NCBI GenBank assembly: GCA_036556325.1
Contig: DATBJR010000043.1
Coordinates: 3,285-67,284 of the forward strand
Reading direction: 5' to 3'
Length of the DNA stretch: 64,000 nt
Origin: Candidatus Limnocylindria bacterium
Lineage (GTDB): Bacteria; Chloroflexota; Limnocylindria; QHBO01
The notes under the pieces: model-generated
Told to the model about the DNA's origin: nothing
The model's database searches: none
Seen by the model: only the letters and a program-made list of their open reading frames with translations
Shown here: positions 52,106 to 62,145 of the stretch, piece after piece
Numbering within the stretch: position 1 is the stretch's first letter
Layout: each line of letters begins with the position of its first letter
Translations under genes and position numbers: made by a program

Positions 52106-54184
52106 TCAGGGCAGGTGATCGAAGGCCCAGCTGAGCTGCTGGGCGAGGACCGTCGTGATGGTGGCGGTCAGGTGCCCGTTGTTCCGGTAGACGAGGTAGT
52201 CGCCCAGGATCAGCGGGCACGAATCGGCGCGGCAGAGCCAGGGGATGGTCGGGATGAGGTGTGCGCCGCTGGCCGCCGTGGTGCGGTGCTCGAGCTCCTC
52301 GTAGGCGCTGCTCACCAGGCGACGGCGCGGCACGGTGCAGGCCTCGACGCGCCCCTCGGTGGCCAGGCAGCGCGGCGGGTCGAAGTGGAAGTGCGGCGAT
52401 TCGCCGATGAGCACCACCCGCTCGGTCAGCCCGCGCAGAGCGGTCAGGGTGCGGAGCATGCCTGACTCCCACCCGGCATAGGCATTCGTGGGCAGCGGTT
52501 GCCCGCTCGCGCTGACCAGCTGGTAGTTGCGCGAGCCCGCGACGAAGATGATCGCCGGATGCTCGCGCGCGATGACGTCCATCGCCAGCGGGCGCCATTG
52601 GTCGCACTCCGTCAGGGGTCGGTCGAGCGAGGGCCGCCAGACGGAGACCTCGAACGGGGGGCAGGCGACCTTGATGACGGGCACCACCCGCCAGTGGCGG
52701 TCCGCCGCCATCAGCTCGATGGCCGGCAGCCACATGGCCGCATGCGAATCGCCGTACAGCACGACGGTGGTGCTGCCCTGCTGGTCCCCGACGACGCACG
52801 GATCGGGCTGCGTCTCGACGATCAGGGTGACGCAGGTTTCCTGGCCGATGGGCCCCCGATCGTCGCGCGCCTGGGCCAGCGTCGGTCGCAGGCCCTCGGG
52901 GATCGGCCCGGCGAGGATCGGCTGAAGCAGGGCCGGCTGCGGATCACCGCTGGCCGGCAGGCTCGGCGCCGGGACGTCCGCGACGGGCGGCGCGAACAGG
53001 CTGCCGCTGACCAGGACGGCGGCCAGCGCCACGCCGAGCGAGGAGGTGCCGGCGAACGCCAGGGTCCGCACGGTGGCGAGGCGTGAGCCGCGGCCGACCC
53101 GGAAGGGGGTCTCGATGAACCAGGTGCTGAGCGCCGCCACCCCGATCGAGACCAGTGCCAGCGCGACCCGGACCCAGCCGCCGCCATGGCCGATGAGGAG
53201 CGGGCCCAGGATCAGGATCGGCCAGTGCCAGAGGTAGAGCGAATACGAGATGCGACCGAACCAGCGGGGCACCGGCGTCGCCAGCGCGCGTGCCGCGAGG
53301 GTCAGATGGCGCTCGCCACCCACGATGACCAGCGCGGTGCCGCCGGCCGGCAGCAGCGCCGCGAGCCCCGGGAATGGTGTGGATGGGCTGATCAGCAGCA
53401 CGCCTGCGCCGATGAGCGCCAGCCCGAGGGCCGTGGCCGTCGACGCAACGAGCGTCGGCCAGCGGGCCGGGATGGCGAGCACCCCCAGCGCCGCCAGCGC
53501 GCCCAGGGCGAGCTGCCAGGCGCGGGTCGGCAGTGAGTAGAACGCCCACGGCGCGTCGACCTGGGTGATCCACAGCGAAAGCGCGAACGAGGCGACCGCC
53601 ACCGCCACGGCCACCGCCCACAGGCGACGCACGGCCCACAGCCGGGCTGCAACCAGGAGCAGGAGCGGCCAGAACAGGTAGAACTGCTCCTCCACGCCCA
53701 GCGACCAGTAGTGGAGCAGCGGCGACGGGGCACTCTGCGCCGCGAAGTAGTCGGTCGCCACCAGGGCAAAGCGGTAGTTCGACACGTAGACCGCGGCCGC
53801 CGCTCCGTCGCGCGCGACGTCCGGGAAGTCGATGTCGGGCAGCAAGATCCACGAGGCGACCAGCGTCACGGCGATCGCGACCAGTGCAGCGGGCAGCAGC
53901 CGGCGAGCGCGCCGGGCGTAGAAGCGCGGCAGGTCGATCCGCCCCGAGCCGCGCAGCTCGCGCAGCAGGAGGCCGGTGATGAGGTAGCCCGAGATCACGA
54001 AGAAGACGTCGACGCCGATGAAGCCGCCCTGCAGGAAGGGGAGTCGGGCGTGGAAGGCCAGCACGGCCAGGATGGCGACGGCGCGAAGGCCTTCGATATC
54101 GGGCCGGAAGTGCTCGCCGCCGACGCTCGAGACGGCGGCATCCCACGCGGACGCCTCCGTCGACGCAGCGCGCGCGGGGGTCAC
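52106..54184 (-). CDS. OatA-like O-acyltransferase: acyltransferase-3 (OafA/YrhL) membrane domain fused to C-terminal SGNH hydrolase domain
   Basis: The Acyl_transf_3 signature (RPDIEGLRAVAILAVLAFHA..GFIGVDVFFVISGYLIT) and about 10 TM helices. The C-terminal domain has VLYGDSHA (SGNH block I). The GTG at 54184 overlaps the GT26 stop (GTGA). Confidence 0.85.
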   Translation of the reverse strand: MTPARAASTEASAWDAAVSSVGGEHFRPDIEGLRAVAILAVLAFHARLPFLQGGFIGVDVFFVISGYLITGLLLRELRGSGRIDLPRFYARRARRLLPAALVAIAVTLVASWILLPDIDFPDVARDGAAAAVYVSNYRFALVATDYFAAQSAPSPLLHYWSLGVEEQFYLFWPLLLLVAARLWAVRRLWAVAVAVAVASFALSLWITQVDAPWAFYSLPTRAWQLALGALAALGVLAIPARWPTLVASTATALGLALIGAGVLLISPSTPFPGLAALLPAGGTALVIVGGERHLTLAARALATPVPRWFGRISYSLYLWHWPILILGPLLIGHGGGWVRVALALVSIGVAALSTWFIETPFRVGRGSRLATVRTLAFAGTSSLGVALAAVLVSGSLFAPPVADVPAPSLPASGDPQPALLQPILAGPIPEGLRPTLAQARDDRGPIGQETCVTLIVETQPDPCVVGDQQGSTTVVLYGDSHAAMWLPAIELMAADRHWRVVPVIKVACPPFEVSVWRPSLDRPLTECDQWRPLAMDVIAREHPAIIFVAGSRNYQLVSASGQPLPTNAYAGWESGMLRTLTALRGLTERVVLIGESPHFHFDPPRCLATEGRVEACTVPRRRLVSSAYEELEHRTTAASGAHLIPTIPWLCRADSCPLILGDYLVYRNNGHLTATITTVLAQQLSWAFDHLP

Positions 54185-54975
54185 TTCCGCCGCGCGCGGA
54201 GCATCCACCAGAAGAAGCGCGGGTCGTCCCAGAGGTAGCGGCGCGCCAGGCGGCGCGGATCATGGACGAGCCGATACGCCCATTCCAGGCCGACCCGCGT
54301 CATCCACGCCGGCGCGACCGGTTGCCTGCCGCCGAGCACGTCGATCGCCTGGCCGATGCCGACCATCACTGTGCGTGGCAGCGCGGCGGCGTGGCGCGCC
54401 ATCCAGCGATCCTGCTTCGGCGAGCCAAGCCCGACGAACAGGACCTGCGGATCGGCATCGGCCAGCAGCCGCACCGCCGCCTGGTCGGCCTCGCCGCCGA
54501 TTGCGAAGCCCATGGGCGGCGAGGTCGCGGCCCGCACATCGCCACCCAGCTCGCGCAGCCGCTGCGCCGCCGGCTGGGTGGCGCCCGGCAGCCCGCCCAT
54601 CAGCGCCAGGCGCAGCCGGTCGGGGTGGCGCGCCAGCGCGGCCGGCAGCAGCCGTCCGGTGATGCTGCCGCGCAGCGGGCTGCCCGCCAGGCGCGCGCCG
54701 TACACCACACCCATGCCATCTGGCACGCGTAACCGCGCCCCGTCGATGATGGCGCGGAAGGACGGGTCGCGATGCGCGCGGACCACGTAGTCGACGTTGG
54801 TGGTGACCACGTACCCGCCGCTGCCCTCCCGCGCCCAGCCGGCGATGGTCTCGACGGTGCCCTCGAAGCCGATGTCGTCGACGGCAATGGAGTCGATCTG
54901 CACCCTGGGACGGGTGGCCGGTGCATCGGTCGCGCGGCGGTCCGACGAGGCGATGGCAGGAATGTTGCTTTCCAA
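54181..54975 (-). CDS. GT26 WecG/TagA/CpsF-family glycosyltransferase (N-acetylmannosamine/ManNAcA transferase)
   Basis: GT26 motifs (RVPDGMGVVYGARLAG, VLFVGLGSPKQDRWM). Confidence 0.85.
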   Translation of the reverse strand: MESNIPAIASSDRRATDAPATRPRVQIDSIAVDDIGFEGTVETIAGWAREGSGGYVVTTNVDYVVRAHRDPSFRAIIDGARLRVPDGMGVVYGARLAGSPLRGSITGRLLPAALARHPDRLRLALMGGLPGATQPAAQRLRELGGDVRAATSPPMGFAIGGEADQAAVRLLADADPQVLFVGLGSPKQDRWMARHAAALPRTVMVGIGQAIDVLGGRQPVAPAWMTRVGLEWAYRLVHDPRRLARRYLWDDPRFFWWMLRARRK

Positions 54976-55049
54976 GGGCTGTTAGCCTAGCGCGCGCGAT
55001 CCTCGCCGCGCCCGCCACCGGGGGGTGACAGGAGGTCCAGCTCCCGCCC

Positions 55050-55937
55050 GTGCTGCCAACGTTCCTGATCGGTGGTGCGCCGAAGGCCGGCACCACCGCG
55101 CTGTGGGCGCTGCTCGACGCGCATCCCGAGGTCTTCATGACGCGGATGAAGGAACCGCGCTTCTTCACGCGCAACCTGAACGAGCCCGCGCCCGGCGTCC
55201 ACATGATCGGGCCACCTCGCCGCGTGAACTTCGACCGCGGGATCGACTGGTACCAGTCGCTGTTCGCGGGCAGCGAGGGCGCGCTGGCGCGCGGAGAGGC
55301 GAGCCCGCAGTACATCGGCGCGCAGGATGGGCCGGAGATCATGGAGCGCTGGGTGCCGGGGGTGAAGATCGTGTTCGCCCTGCGGCAGCCGGTCGAACGT
55401 GCCTACTCGCAGTACTGGCAGCATTGGAAGAAGGGCTGGCGGATGGCGCCCTTCGAGCGGCTGCTCGAGGACGAGCCGAGCCTGCGCTATCTCGAGTACA
55501 TGAGCCGCTATGCCCAGCATCTCGAGCGCTATCGCCACGCTTTCGGCCCGGAACGGGTTCATCTCGTCCTGTTCGACGACCTCCGCAAGGAACCGCAACG
55601 GGTCTACCGGGAGCTGTGCCGCTTCATTGGCGTCGATGACACGTTCCAGCCCGCGTCGTACGACGAGGCCTACAACGAGTTCACGTCGCCGCGGTTTCGC
55701 TGGCTGCAGCGCGGGCTGATGGCGACGCACTTCGCACGGTTCGGCCGGCTCGTCCCGAGCGGCGCGCGGCCGCGGCTGCGCCGGCTCCGCCTCCGGGTCG
55801 AGGGCATGAACCGCAGCGCCAGCCGCTATGTGCCGCTCGACCCTGCATTGCGCGCGCGGCTGACGGAGCGCTTCGAGGACGACATCGCCTACGTGGAGCG
55901 CCTCACCCGGCCACTTCCCGAATGGCGAGCGCGCTGA
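55050..55937 (+). CDS. sulfotransferase family protein, type C (Sulfotransfer_1-like)
   Basis: The N-terminal 5'-PSB motif FLIGGAPKAGTTAL, and 3'-PB-like RQPVERAYSQY. Confidence 0.8.
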   Translation: MLPTFLIGGAPKAGTTALWALLDAHPEVFMTRMKEPRFFTRNLNEPAPGVHMIGPPRRVNFDRGIDWYQSLFAGSEGALARGEASPQYIGAQDGPEIMERWVPGVKIVFALRQPVERAYSQYWQHWKKGWRMAPFERLLEDEPSLRYLEYMSRYAQHLERYRHAFGPERVHLVLFDDLRKEPQRVYRELCRFIGVDDTFQPASYDEAYNEFTSPRFRWLQRGLMATHFARFGRLVPSGARPRLRRLRLRVEGMNRSASRYVPLDPALRARLTERFEDDIAYVERLTRPLPEWRAR

Positions 55938-55938
55938 T

Positions 55939-56838
55939 TCAGCCGGTGCGGCTCCAGGCGCCCAGGTCGCGACCGATCAGCTCGCCCAGGGCGGCGACCT
56001 CCGGGGCGAGCTCGGCAGTCAGCCGGCGACGGAGCTCGGCATCCATCGGCCGTCGCGCCTCCGGGACGCTGTTGGCGCTCACGACCGTGTCCCGCAGGCG
56101 GTGGACCAACGGGAAGCGACGGAGCAGCGGGACGACCCGGCGCAGCGGGCCCGGCGGGCGGTAGATCAACCGCTGCAGCACGCCGGAGCGCGCCCGGCGA
56201 TTCGGATTGCGCACTCCCAGGTCAACCCCCACGTTCGGGTCAACGCGGAGGAAGGCGAACGTGCCACGCACCACGGCGGCTGCATCGGCGACCAGGTCGT
56301 CGTGGACGATGACGTGGACCCGCTCGCGACCGAAGACGTCGAAGTAGCGCTGCAGCTGCTCGGCGAAGCGGACGCTGTGCCGGTAGAACAGCGCCTCGCG
56401 CCGCAGGGCGCCCGCCGGGATGCGACGTCCAGCGCGCCGATCGGCCTCGGCGGCCAGCGCCTCGCCGAAGTCGACCAGGTCTTCCCGCTGGTTGAAGCGC
56501 AGCTGGCTGTGCTGGGCGTGCATCACGTCGACCGGGTTGCGCAGCATGACGATCGCCTGGGCCCCCGGCGAGAAGGCCTCGATCTCGCGCGCCGCGCTCG
56601 CCGAGTAGAGGTACCACGGCGAGGCCTCGCCGACGCGCTGGCCCGGGCGGGCATCGGCGAAGAGGCGAAGGTACTCGTCCTCGGTCATGCGCCGATACCG
56701 GGCATCCAGGTCCGCCCCGAAGTACATCGGCTCCTTGTGGAACGGCATGAACACCTGCGGGTGCTGGCGCAGGGACTCGTAAAGCGACGTGGTGCCCGCT
56801 TTGAAGGCACCGACGATGAAGAAATCGGGGCGCGTCAT
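55939..56838 (-). CDS. sulfotransferase family protein, type C (paralog 2)
   Basis: FFIVGAFKAGTTSL PSB motif, and MLRNPVDVMHAQHSQ. It is about 55-60% identical by eye to the next gene. The ATG overlaps the upstream paralog's stop (ATGA). Confidence 0.8.
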   Translation of the reverse strand: MTRPDFFIVGAFKAGTTSLYESLRQHPQVFMPFHKEPMYFGADLDARYRRMTEDEYLRLFADARPGQRVGEASPWYLYSASAAREIEAFSPGAQAIVMLRNPVDVMHAQHSQLRFNQREDLVDFGEALAAEADRRAGRRIPAGALRREALFYRHSVRFAEQLQRYFDVFGRERVHVIVHDDLVADAAAVVRGTFAFLRVDPNVGVDLGVRNPNRRARSGVLQRLIYRPPGPLRRVVPLLRRFPLVHRLRDTVVSANSVPEARRPMDAELRRRLTAELAPEVAALGELIGRDLGAWSRTG

Positions 56839-57749
56839 GCGGCGCGGACGCGGGAGCCGTCCAGCCAGGCCGACAGGTCGCGCCCCACCAGCTCGCCCAG
56901 CTCCCTGATCTGCGGCGCGAACTCCTCCAGCAACCGGCTTCTGAGCGTCGCGTCCATGGGAGGCCGGCTCGCGGCGGAGCTGTTCAGACGCAGCACCCGC
57001 TCGCGCACGGCATGCGCCAGCGGGAAGCGGCGGATGATGGGCACCAGCCTCAGCAGCGGACCGGGTGGCTGGTAGACGAGCCGCTGCAGGGCGCGGAAGC
57101 GGACGCGCTTGTTCGGGTTGCTGACGGCGAAGTCCGGGGCGAACGTCGGGTCCACGCCCAGGAACTCGAGCACGCGACGATAGGTGCCCGGCGTGTCGGC
57201 CACGAAGTCGTCGAAGACGATCACATGCACCCGCTCGCGGCCGAAGGCATGGAGGTAGCGGCGCAGCTGGTCGGCAAAGCGGACGCTCTCTCGGTAGTAG
57301 AGGTTCTCGACTCGCAGCGGCCCGGGTGGAAGGCGGCGGCCAGCCCGCCGTTCCGGCTCGGCGTCGAGCGCCTCACCGAAGTCGGCGATGTCCTCCTCCA
57401 CGTTGAACAGCAGCTGGCTGTGCTGGGCGTACATCACGTCCACCGGGTTGCGCAGCATCACGATGATCTTCCCCCCCGGCGCGGCAGCGTGGATCTCCGT
57501 TGCCGCCGAGCGGGAGTACAGGTACCAGGCCGATGCCTCCCCGATGCGCTGGCCGGGCTTGGCGTCCGCGAACAGGGCTTCGTACTGGGCGCGGGTCATG
57601 CGCCCGTAGCGACGGGTCAGATCGTCGCCGAAGAACAGCGGCTCCTTGTGAAAGGGCATGAAGATCTGCGGGTGCGGTCGCAGGTAGTCGTACAGGGCCG
57701 TGGTGCCACACTTGAAGGCACCCACGATGTAGAAGTCCGGAATCGGCAT
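56835..57749 (-). CDS. sulfotransferase family protein, type C (paralog 3, tandem duplicate)
   Basis: FYIVGAFKCGTTAL PSB motif. Long nucleotide stretches are near-identical to 55939-56838, for example the GTGCTGGGCGT(G/A)CATCACGTC(G/C)ACCGGGTTGCGCAGCAT segments. Confidence 0.8.
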   Translation of the reverse strand: MPIPDFYIVGAFKCGTTALYDYLRPHPQIFMPFHKEPLFFGDDLTRRYGRMTRAQYEALFADAKPGQRIGEASAWYLYSRSAATEIHAAAPGGKIIVMLRNPVDVMYAQHSQLLFNVEEDIADFGEALDAEPERRAGRRLPPGPLRVENLYYRESVRFADQLRRYLHAFGRERVHVIVFDDFVADTPGTYRRVLEFLGVDPTFAPDFAVSNPNKRVRFRALQRLVYQPPGPLLRLVPIIRRFPLAHAVRERVLRLNSSAASRPPMDATLRSRLLEEFAPQIRELGELVGRDLSAWLDGSRVRAA

Positions 57750-57869
57750 GGATCGTCCTGCGAAGGTGGCCGAGCGTTGCCGCCCGCCCTGTTAGCCTAC
57801 CGTGAGCGCGAACTCGGCGGCTCCAGCCACCGGCGGCGCCCGGTGGAGGAACCTTGAGGAGACGGCTGC

Positions 57870-59501
57870 TTGACTGAGGCCTGGATTCCTGCCGATCACG
57901 GCAGCGGGCAGCAGGGCCTGCGCCGCCAGGTTGCGCGCGGCCTGACCTGGACCTTCGTCCACACCTGGGGCGGCCAGCTGCTGAGCCTGCTGGTGTTCCT
58001 GGTGCTGGCCCGCCTGGTCAGCGTCAACGATTTCGGGCTGGTGGCCTACGCCGCGCTCTTCGTGGCCTTCGCCCAGCTGCTGATCGACCAGGGCTTCGGC
58101 GACGCGATCATCCAGCGGCCCAGCGTCACCCGTGGGCACATCGACACCGCCTTCTGGGTCGCGGTTGCCACCGGGCTGCTGCTGTCGGTGATCGGCGTGG
58201 TCATCGCCGCACCGCTGGCGAGTTTTCTCACCGGCAAGGCGCCGGCCGATGCGCCGCGGCTGACCCCCATCATCCAGGTCCTCTCGCTGTTGTTTGTCAT
58301 CTCGTCGCTCAGCAGCACCCAGCAGGCGCTCCTGCGCCGCGAGCTGGCGTTCCGCAGCCTGGCCACCCGCGGCCTGCTGGCGCTGGGCGGCGGCGGCGTG
58401 GTGGGGATCGTCATGGCGTTCATGGGCTTCGGCGCCTGGGCGCTGGTCGGGCAGCAGATCGCGGCCGCGCTGATCGCGGTCGTCACCCTGTGGACGATCA
58501 GCCCGTGGCGCCCGGGCCTGGAGGTTTCGCGGGCGAACTTCACCGAGCTGTTCAACTTCGGCATCAAGGTCGTCGGCTCCGACATCCTGACCTTCCTGTC
58601 CCGCAACAGCGACAATTTCCTGGTCGGCATCTTCCTGGGCCCGACGCCGCTCGGCCTGTACGCGGTCGCCTATCGGATCCTGGACACGACCCAGAAGGTG
58701 CTCGTCAGCGTCTCGCGCCGGTTGGCATTTCCAGCCCTTTCGAAGCTCCAGGGCGACCGGGAGCGGATGTCGCGGGCGTACCTGCAGCTGACGCGGATCG
58801 CGGGTTCGGCCATCCTCCCGGGCTACGTCGGCCTGGCCCTGGTGTCGCCGGAGATGACCGTCGCCCTCTTCGGTGCCAAGTGGCAGTACGCCGGCGTCGT
58901 CTCCTCGGTGCTGTTCCTCATCGGCCCGGTCCTCTCGATCCAGGCGTTCTCGACCTCGCTCCTGACGGCAGCCGGCCACCCGTCGATCGTGTTCCGCTTC
59001 CGGCTGATCAGCACGATCGTCAACGTGCTCGGCTTCTTCCTGGCGGTGCAGATCGGTAAGGACATCCTGTGGGTGGCGTTTGCCTTTGCGTTGCGCGGCT
59101 ACCTGCTCCTCCCGCTGAACCTGTCATGGCAGCGACGGTACGCCGGCATTCCCATTGGCGCGTACCTGCTGCAGATGCGCGGCACCGCGCTGGCCACGCT
59201 GGCGATGACGGCGGTCGTGCTGGCAGTGAAGCTGCTGCTGTACGGGGTGCTTCGACCGACGCCGCTGCTGCTCGTGGAGGTCGTCGCCGGCGCGGTGACC
59301 TTCCTGCTGGCGATGTGGCTGCTGGACCGCCGCCTGCTGCTCGAGATGTGGCGCATCACCCGCCAGAGCGTCCCCGGCCTGCGCCGCTTCTCCGGCGTGC
59401 TGCCGCGCGGTCGGCCGCGGGCGCTGGCCGAAGCCTCGCGTGAGCCCGCGGCCGAGGCGAAAGCGGATCCGCTCAGCCCATCGATCCGGGGCGACGAATG
59501 A
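57870..59501 (+). CDS. Wzx-type flippase (MOP/PST polysaccharide biosynthesis protein), second copy
   Basis: 14 TM-helix PST-family topology with an N-terminal conserved segment (GLTWTFVHTWGGQLLSLLVFLVLARL). Confidence 0.8.
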   Translation: MTEAWIPADHGSGQQGLRRQVARGLTWTFVHTWGGQLLSLLVFLVLARLVSVNDFGLVAYAALFVAFAQLLIDQGFGDAIIQRPSVTRGHIDTAFWVAVATGLLLSVIGVVIAAPLASFLTGKAPADAPRLTPIIQVLSLLFVISSLSSTQQALLRRELAFRSLATRGLLALGGGGVVGIVMAFMGFGAWALVGQQIAAALIAVVTLWTISPWRPGLEVSRANFTELFNFGIKVVGSDILTFLSRNSDNFLVGIFLGPTPLGLYAVAYRILDTTQKVLVSVSRRLAFPALSKLQGDRERMSRAYLQLTRIAGSAILPGYVGLALVSPEMTVALFGAKWQYAGVVSSVLFLIGPVLSIQAFSTSLLTAAGHPSIVFRFRLISTIVNVLGFFLAVQIGKDILWVAFAFALRGYLLLPLNLSWQRRYAGIPIGAYLLQMRGTALATLAMTAVVLAVKLLLYGVLRPTPLLLVEVVAGAVTFLLAMWLLDRRLLLEMWRITRQSVPGLRRFSGVLPRGRPRALAEASREPAAEAKADPLSPSIRGDE

Positions 59502-60850
59502 GCGAAGACCTGGATCGAGCAGCGTCATCGGCCGCCGCAGGCAAGCCGGCTGGGCCGACGGAGCAACCGCCGGAGCTCGGCAAGGCGATGTGGGGCCTGA
59601 CGGGAGCGCGGCCTGGCCTGCGGATGGCGGCCAAGTTCGCACGGCGCAACGCCATGTCGGCCGTCTTCCTGGCCAGCCGCCTGTCGCGTCGCGACAAGCG
59701 GGTGTGGCTCTTCGGCAACCACAAGGGCTTCCGTGACAACCCGCGCTACCTGGCCGAGCACATCGTGGCCGAGCATCCCGAGATCGAGGTCTGGTGGCAG
59801 GCTCGCAGCCGCCGGGAGGCGGAGGCGGCTCGCGCGGCGGGGCTCAAGGTCGTGCTGCGCAGCTCGCGGACGAGCGCACGGCTGCACCTGCGGGCCGGCG
59901 TGGCCTTCCTCTGCTCCGGCTTCATGGATCTCCGCGTGCCGCGGCTGGGCGGCGCCTACATCGTCCACCTCTACCACGGCACGGCGCTGAAGCGGATCTC
60001 CCTGGACGTCGACTTCGAGCGGTTCGTGTCCGGGTCGCGCTTCGGGCGCTGGTACGCCGCGCGGCAGCACGCGGGGCTGCAGTCGCGCCATCGCCGCGTC
60101 TCCATGGTGGTTGCGGCCGGTGAGCTGGCCAGGCGCCGCTTCGAGACGGCCTTCGGCCTGCCGCCGGAACGCATCCCGATCCTCGGTACACCGCGCTTCG
60201 ACGTGATCCTGGGCGGTCCGGCCTATCGGCGCGTGGCCGGCGACGACCTGCGCGGGCGCCTGGGCATCGGCGCCGCCGACCACCTGGTGCTGTGGCTGCC
60301 GACCTGGCGCGAATCGGGCGACGCCGGCTGGCTGCCGGCCGTCGACAGGGCCGCGGTGGACAAGGCGCTCGGGGGTTCGAAGGTCCGGATGCTGGTCAAG
60401 CCGCATCCCTACGCGGACTTCGACGTCTACCGCCAGCGCCTGCCCGATCACCCGGCCCTGCGCCTGCTCCGCGAGGATGACACCGACGTCAACGCCCTGC
60501 TGCACATCGCCGACACGCTGGTGACCGACTACTCCAGCGCCATGTTCGATTACGCGCTGCTCCATCGGCCCATCCATTTCTTCGCCCCGGATGCCGCCGA
60601 GTACACCGAGGGTCGTGGCTTCTACGAGCCGTACGACGAGCTGACCGGTGGCCATCAGCATCTCGCCTGGGGCACGCTGCTGCCCGCGCTGCGAGAGGCC
60701 GCCGAAGGCACGGACGCGGCCGGCCTGGCCATGGCCGAGCGCATCGCCGCGCTCGCTGGCAACTGCGAGGAGCCAGGCAACAACGAGCGAATCTTCCGCG
60801 CCGTCGCCGAGGCCGCCGGCGTGCCGCTCCCGGACGGACGAACGGCATGA
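59498..60850 (+). CDS. CDP-glycerol:poly(glycerophosphate) glycerophosphotransferase family (TagB/TagF-like, Glyphos_transf)
   Basis: Signature segments HLVLWLPTWRE and ADTLVTDYSSAMFDYALLHRPIHFFAPD. It overlaps the Wzx stop by 4 nt. Confidence 0.85.
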   Translation: MSEDLDRAASSAAAGKPAGPTEQPPELGKAMWGLTGARPGLRMAAKFARRNAMSAVFLASRLSRRDKRVWLFGNHKGFRDNPRYLAEHIVAEHPEIEVWWQARSRREAEAARAAGLKVVLRSSRTSARLHLRAGVAFLCSGFMDLRVPRLGGAYIVHLYHGTALKRISLDVDFERFVSGSRFGRWYAARQHAGLQSRHRRVSMVVAAGELARRRFETAFGLPPERIPILGTPRFDVILGGPAYRRVAGDDLRGRLGIGAADHLVLWLPTWRESGDAGWLPAVDRAAVDKALGGSKVRMLVKPHPYADFDVYRQRLPDHPALRLLREDDTDVNALLHIADTLVTDYSSAMFDYALLHRPIHFFAPDAAEYTEGRGFYEPYDELTGGHQHLAWGTLLPALREAAEGTDAAGLAMAERIAALAGNCEEPGNNERIFRAVAEAAGVPLPDGRTA

Positions 60851-62145
60851 GCGAGGAGACGCCGCGCGCGATCACGGCGCCCATCAAGGCCCTCCAGGAC
60901 GAGCGCGGCGCGCGTCGCATGGTCACCAGCTTCGTGCGGCGCATCGGCGGGGCCGGCATCTACTACCTCAGCCACCTGTCGCGGCGCGACCCGACAGTGT
61001 GGGTGTTCGGCAATCACAAGGGCTTCCGCGACAATCCACGCTACCTGGCCGAGCACATCGTCCATGCCCATCCCGAGCTGGAGCCATGGTGGATCGCCCG
61101 CACGCCCGCCGAGGCGCAGCTGGCCAGGGATGCCGGCCTGCACGTGGCCATGTTCGCCGGCAAGCTCGGGGCTCGCATCCAGCGGCGGGCAGGGGTGGGG
61201 TTCCTCTCGAACGCCTTCATCGACCTGCGCTCGCCGTACCTCGGCGGCGCGCTGATCGTCCACCTCTACCACGGCACCGCCCTCAAGCGGATCCTGCTGG
61301 ACATGGACGTCACCCGGGTCATGCGTGGCTCGCCCCTGACGCGGGCGTTCAAGCGACTGCATCGCTGGTCGATCGCCCGCCGGCTGCGCCAGGTGGACCT
61401 GATCATGGCCGCCGGCGAGCTCGCGCGGGAGCGGTTCGTGACGGCCTTCGGCATCCCGGCGGAGCGTATCCCACCGGTCGGCACGCCGCGCTTCGACGTC
61501 ATCCAGGGGGGCGCCGCCTACGACCGCGTGGTGCACGGAGACCTGCGCGCCCAGCTTGGCGTGCAGCCGGACGAGCACCTGGTGCTGTGGCTGCCCACCT
61601 GGCGCGAGCACGGGGATGCTCCCTGGCTGCCGGCGCTCGACGCCTCGACGGTCGAAGCGGCGTTCGGGCGCACCAACGTGGTGATGCTGGTCAAGACCCA
61701 TCCGTATGCCGACCAGGAGGTCTACGAGCAGCGGCTGCCGCCGCATCCGAAGATCCGCCTGCTGCCCGAGGCGGACGTGGACGTCAACACCCTGCTGCGC
61801 ATCGCCGATACGCTGGTGACCGACTACTCCAGCGCCTTCTTCGACTACGCCCTGCTGGAGCGGCCCATCCACTTCTTCGCCCCCGATACGGACGAGTACC
61901 GTGGTGGACGGGGACTCTACGAGCCGTTCGAGAGGCTGACGGGCGGGCAGCACCACACCGAGTGGCACTCGCTGCTGACGGCGCTGGCGGACGCGTCCCG
62001 CGGCGAGGACGAGCAGGGCATGGCCATGATGCGCCGCGTCGTCGCCTTCGCCCGCAACAACACCGAGCCGGGCAGCTGTGAGCGCATCGTGCAGACCGTG
62101 GCACAGGCGGCCGGGGTGCGGCTGCAGCCCGCCCGCGCCGACTAG
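60847..62145 (+). CDS. CDP-glycerol glycerophosphotransferase family (TagF-like), tandem paralog
   Basis: The same signatures (HLVLWLPTWRE, ADTLVTDYSSAFFDYALLERPIHFFAPD). Extensive nucleotide identity to 59498-60850. The ATG overlaps the preceding stop. Confidence 0.85.
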   Translation: MSEETPRAITAPIKALQDERGARRMVTSFVRRIGGAGIYYLSHLSRRDPTVWVFGNHKGFRDNPRYLAEHIVHAHPELEPWWIARTPAEAQLARDAGLHVAMFAGKLGARIQRRAGVGFLSNAFIDLRSPYLGGALIVHLYHGTALKRILLDMDVTRVMRGSPLTRAFKRLHRWSIARRLRQVDLIMAAGELARERFVTAFGIPAERIPPVGTPRFDVIQGGAAYDRVVHGDLRAQLGVQPDEHLVLWLPTWREHGDAPWLPALDASTVEAAFGRTNVVMLVKTHPYADQEVYEQRLPPHPKIRLLPEADVDVNTLLRIADTLVTDYSSAFFDYALLERPIHFFAPDTDEYRGGRGLYEPFERLTGGQHHTEWHSLLTALADASRGEDEQGMAMMRRVVAFARNNTEPGSCERIVQTVAQAAGVRLQPARAD

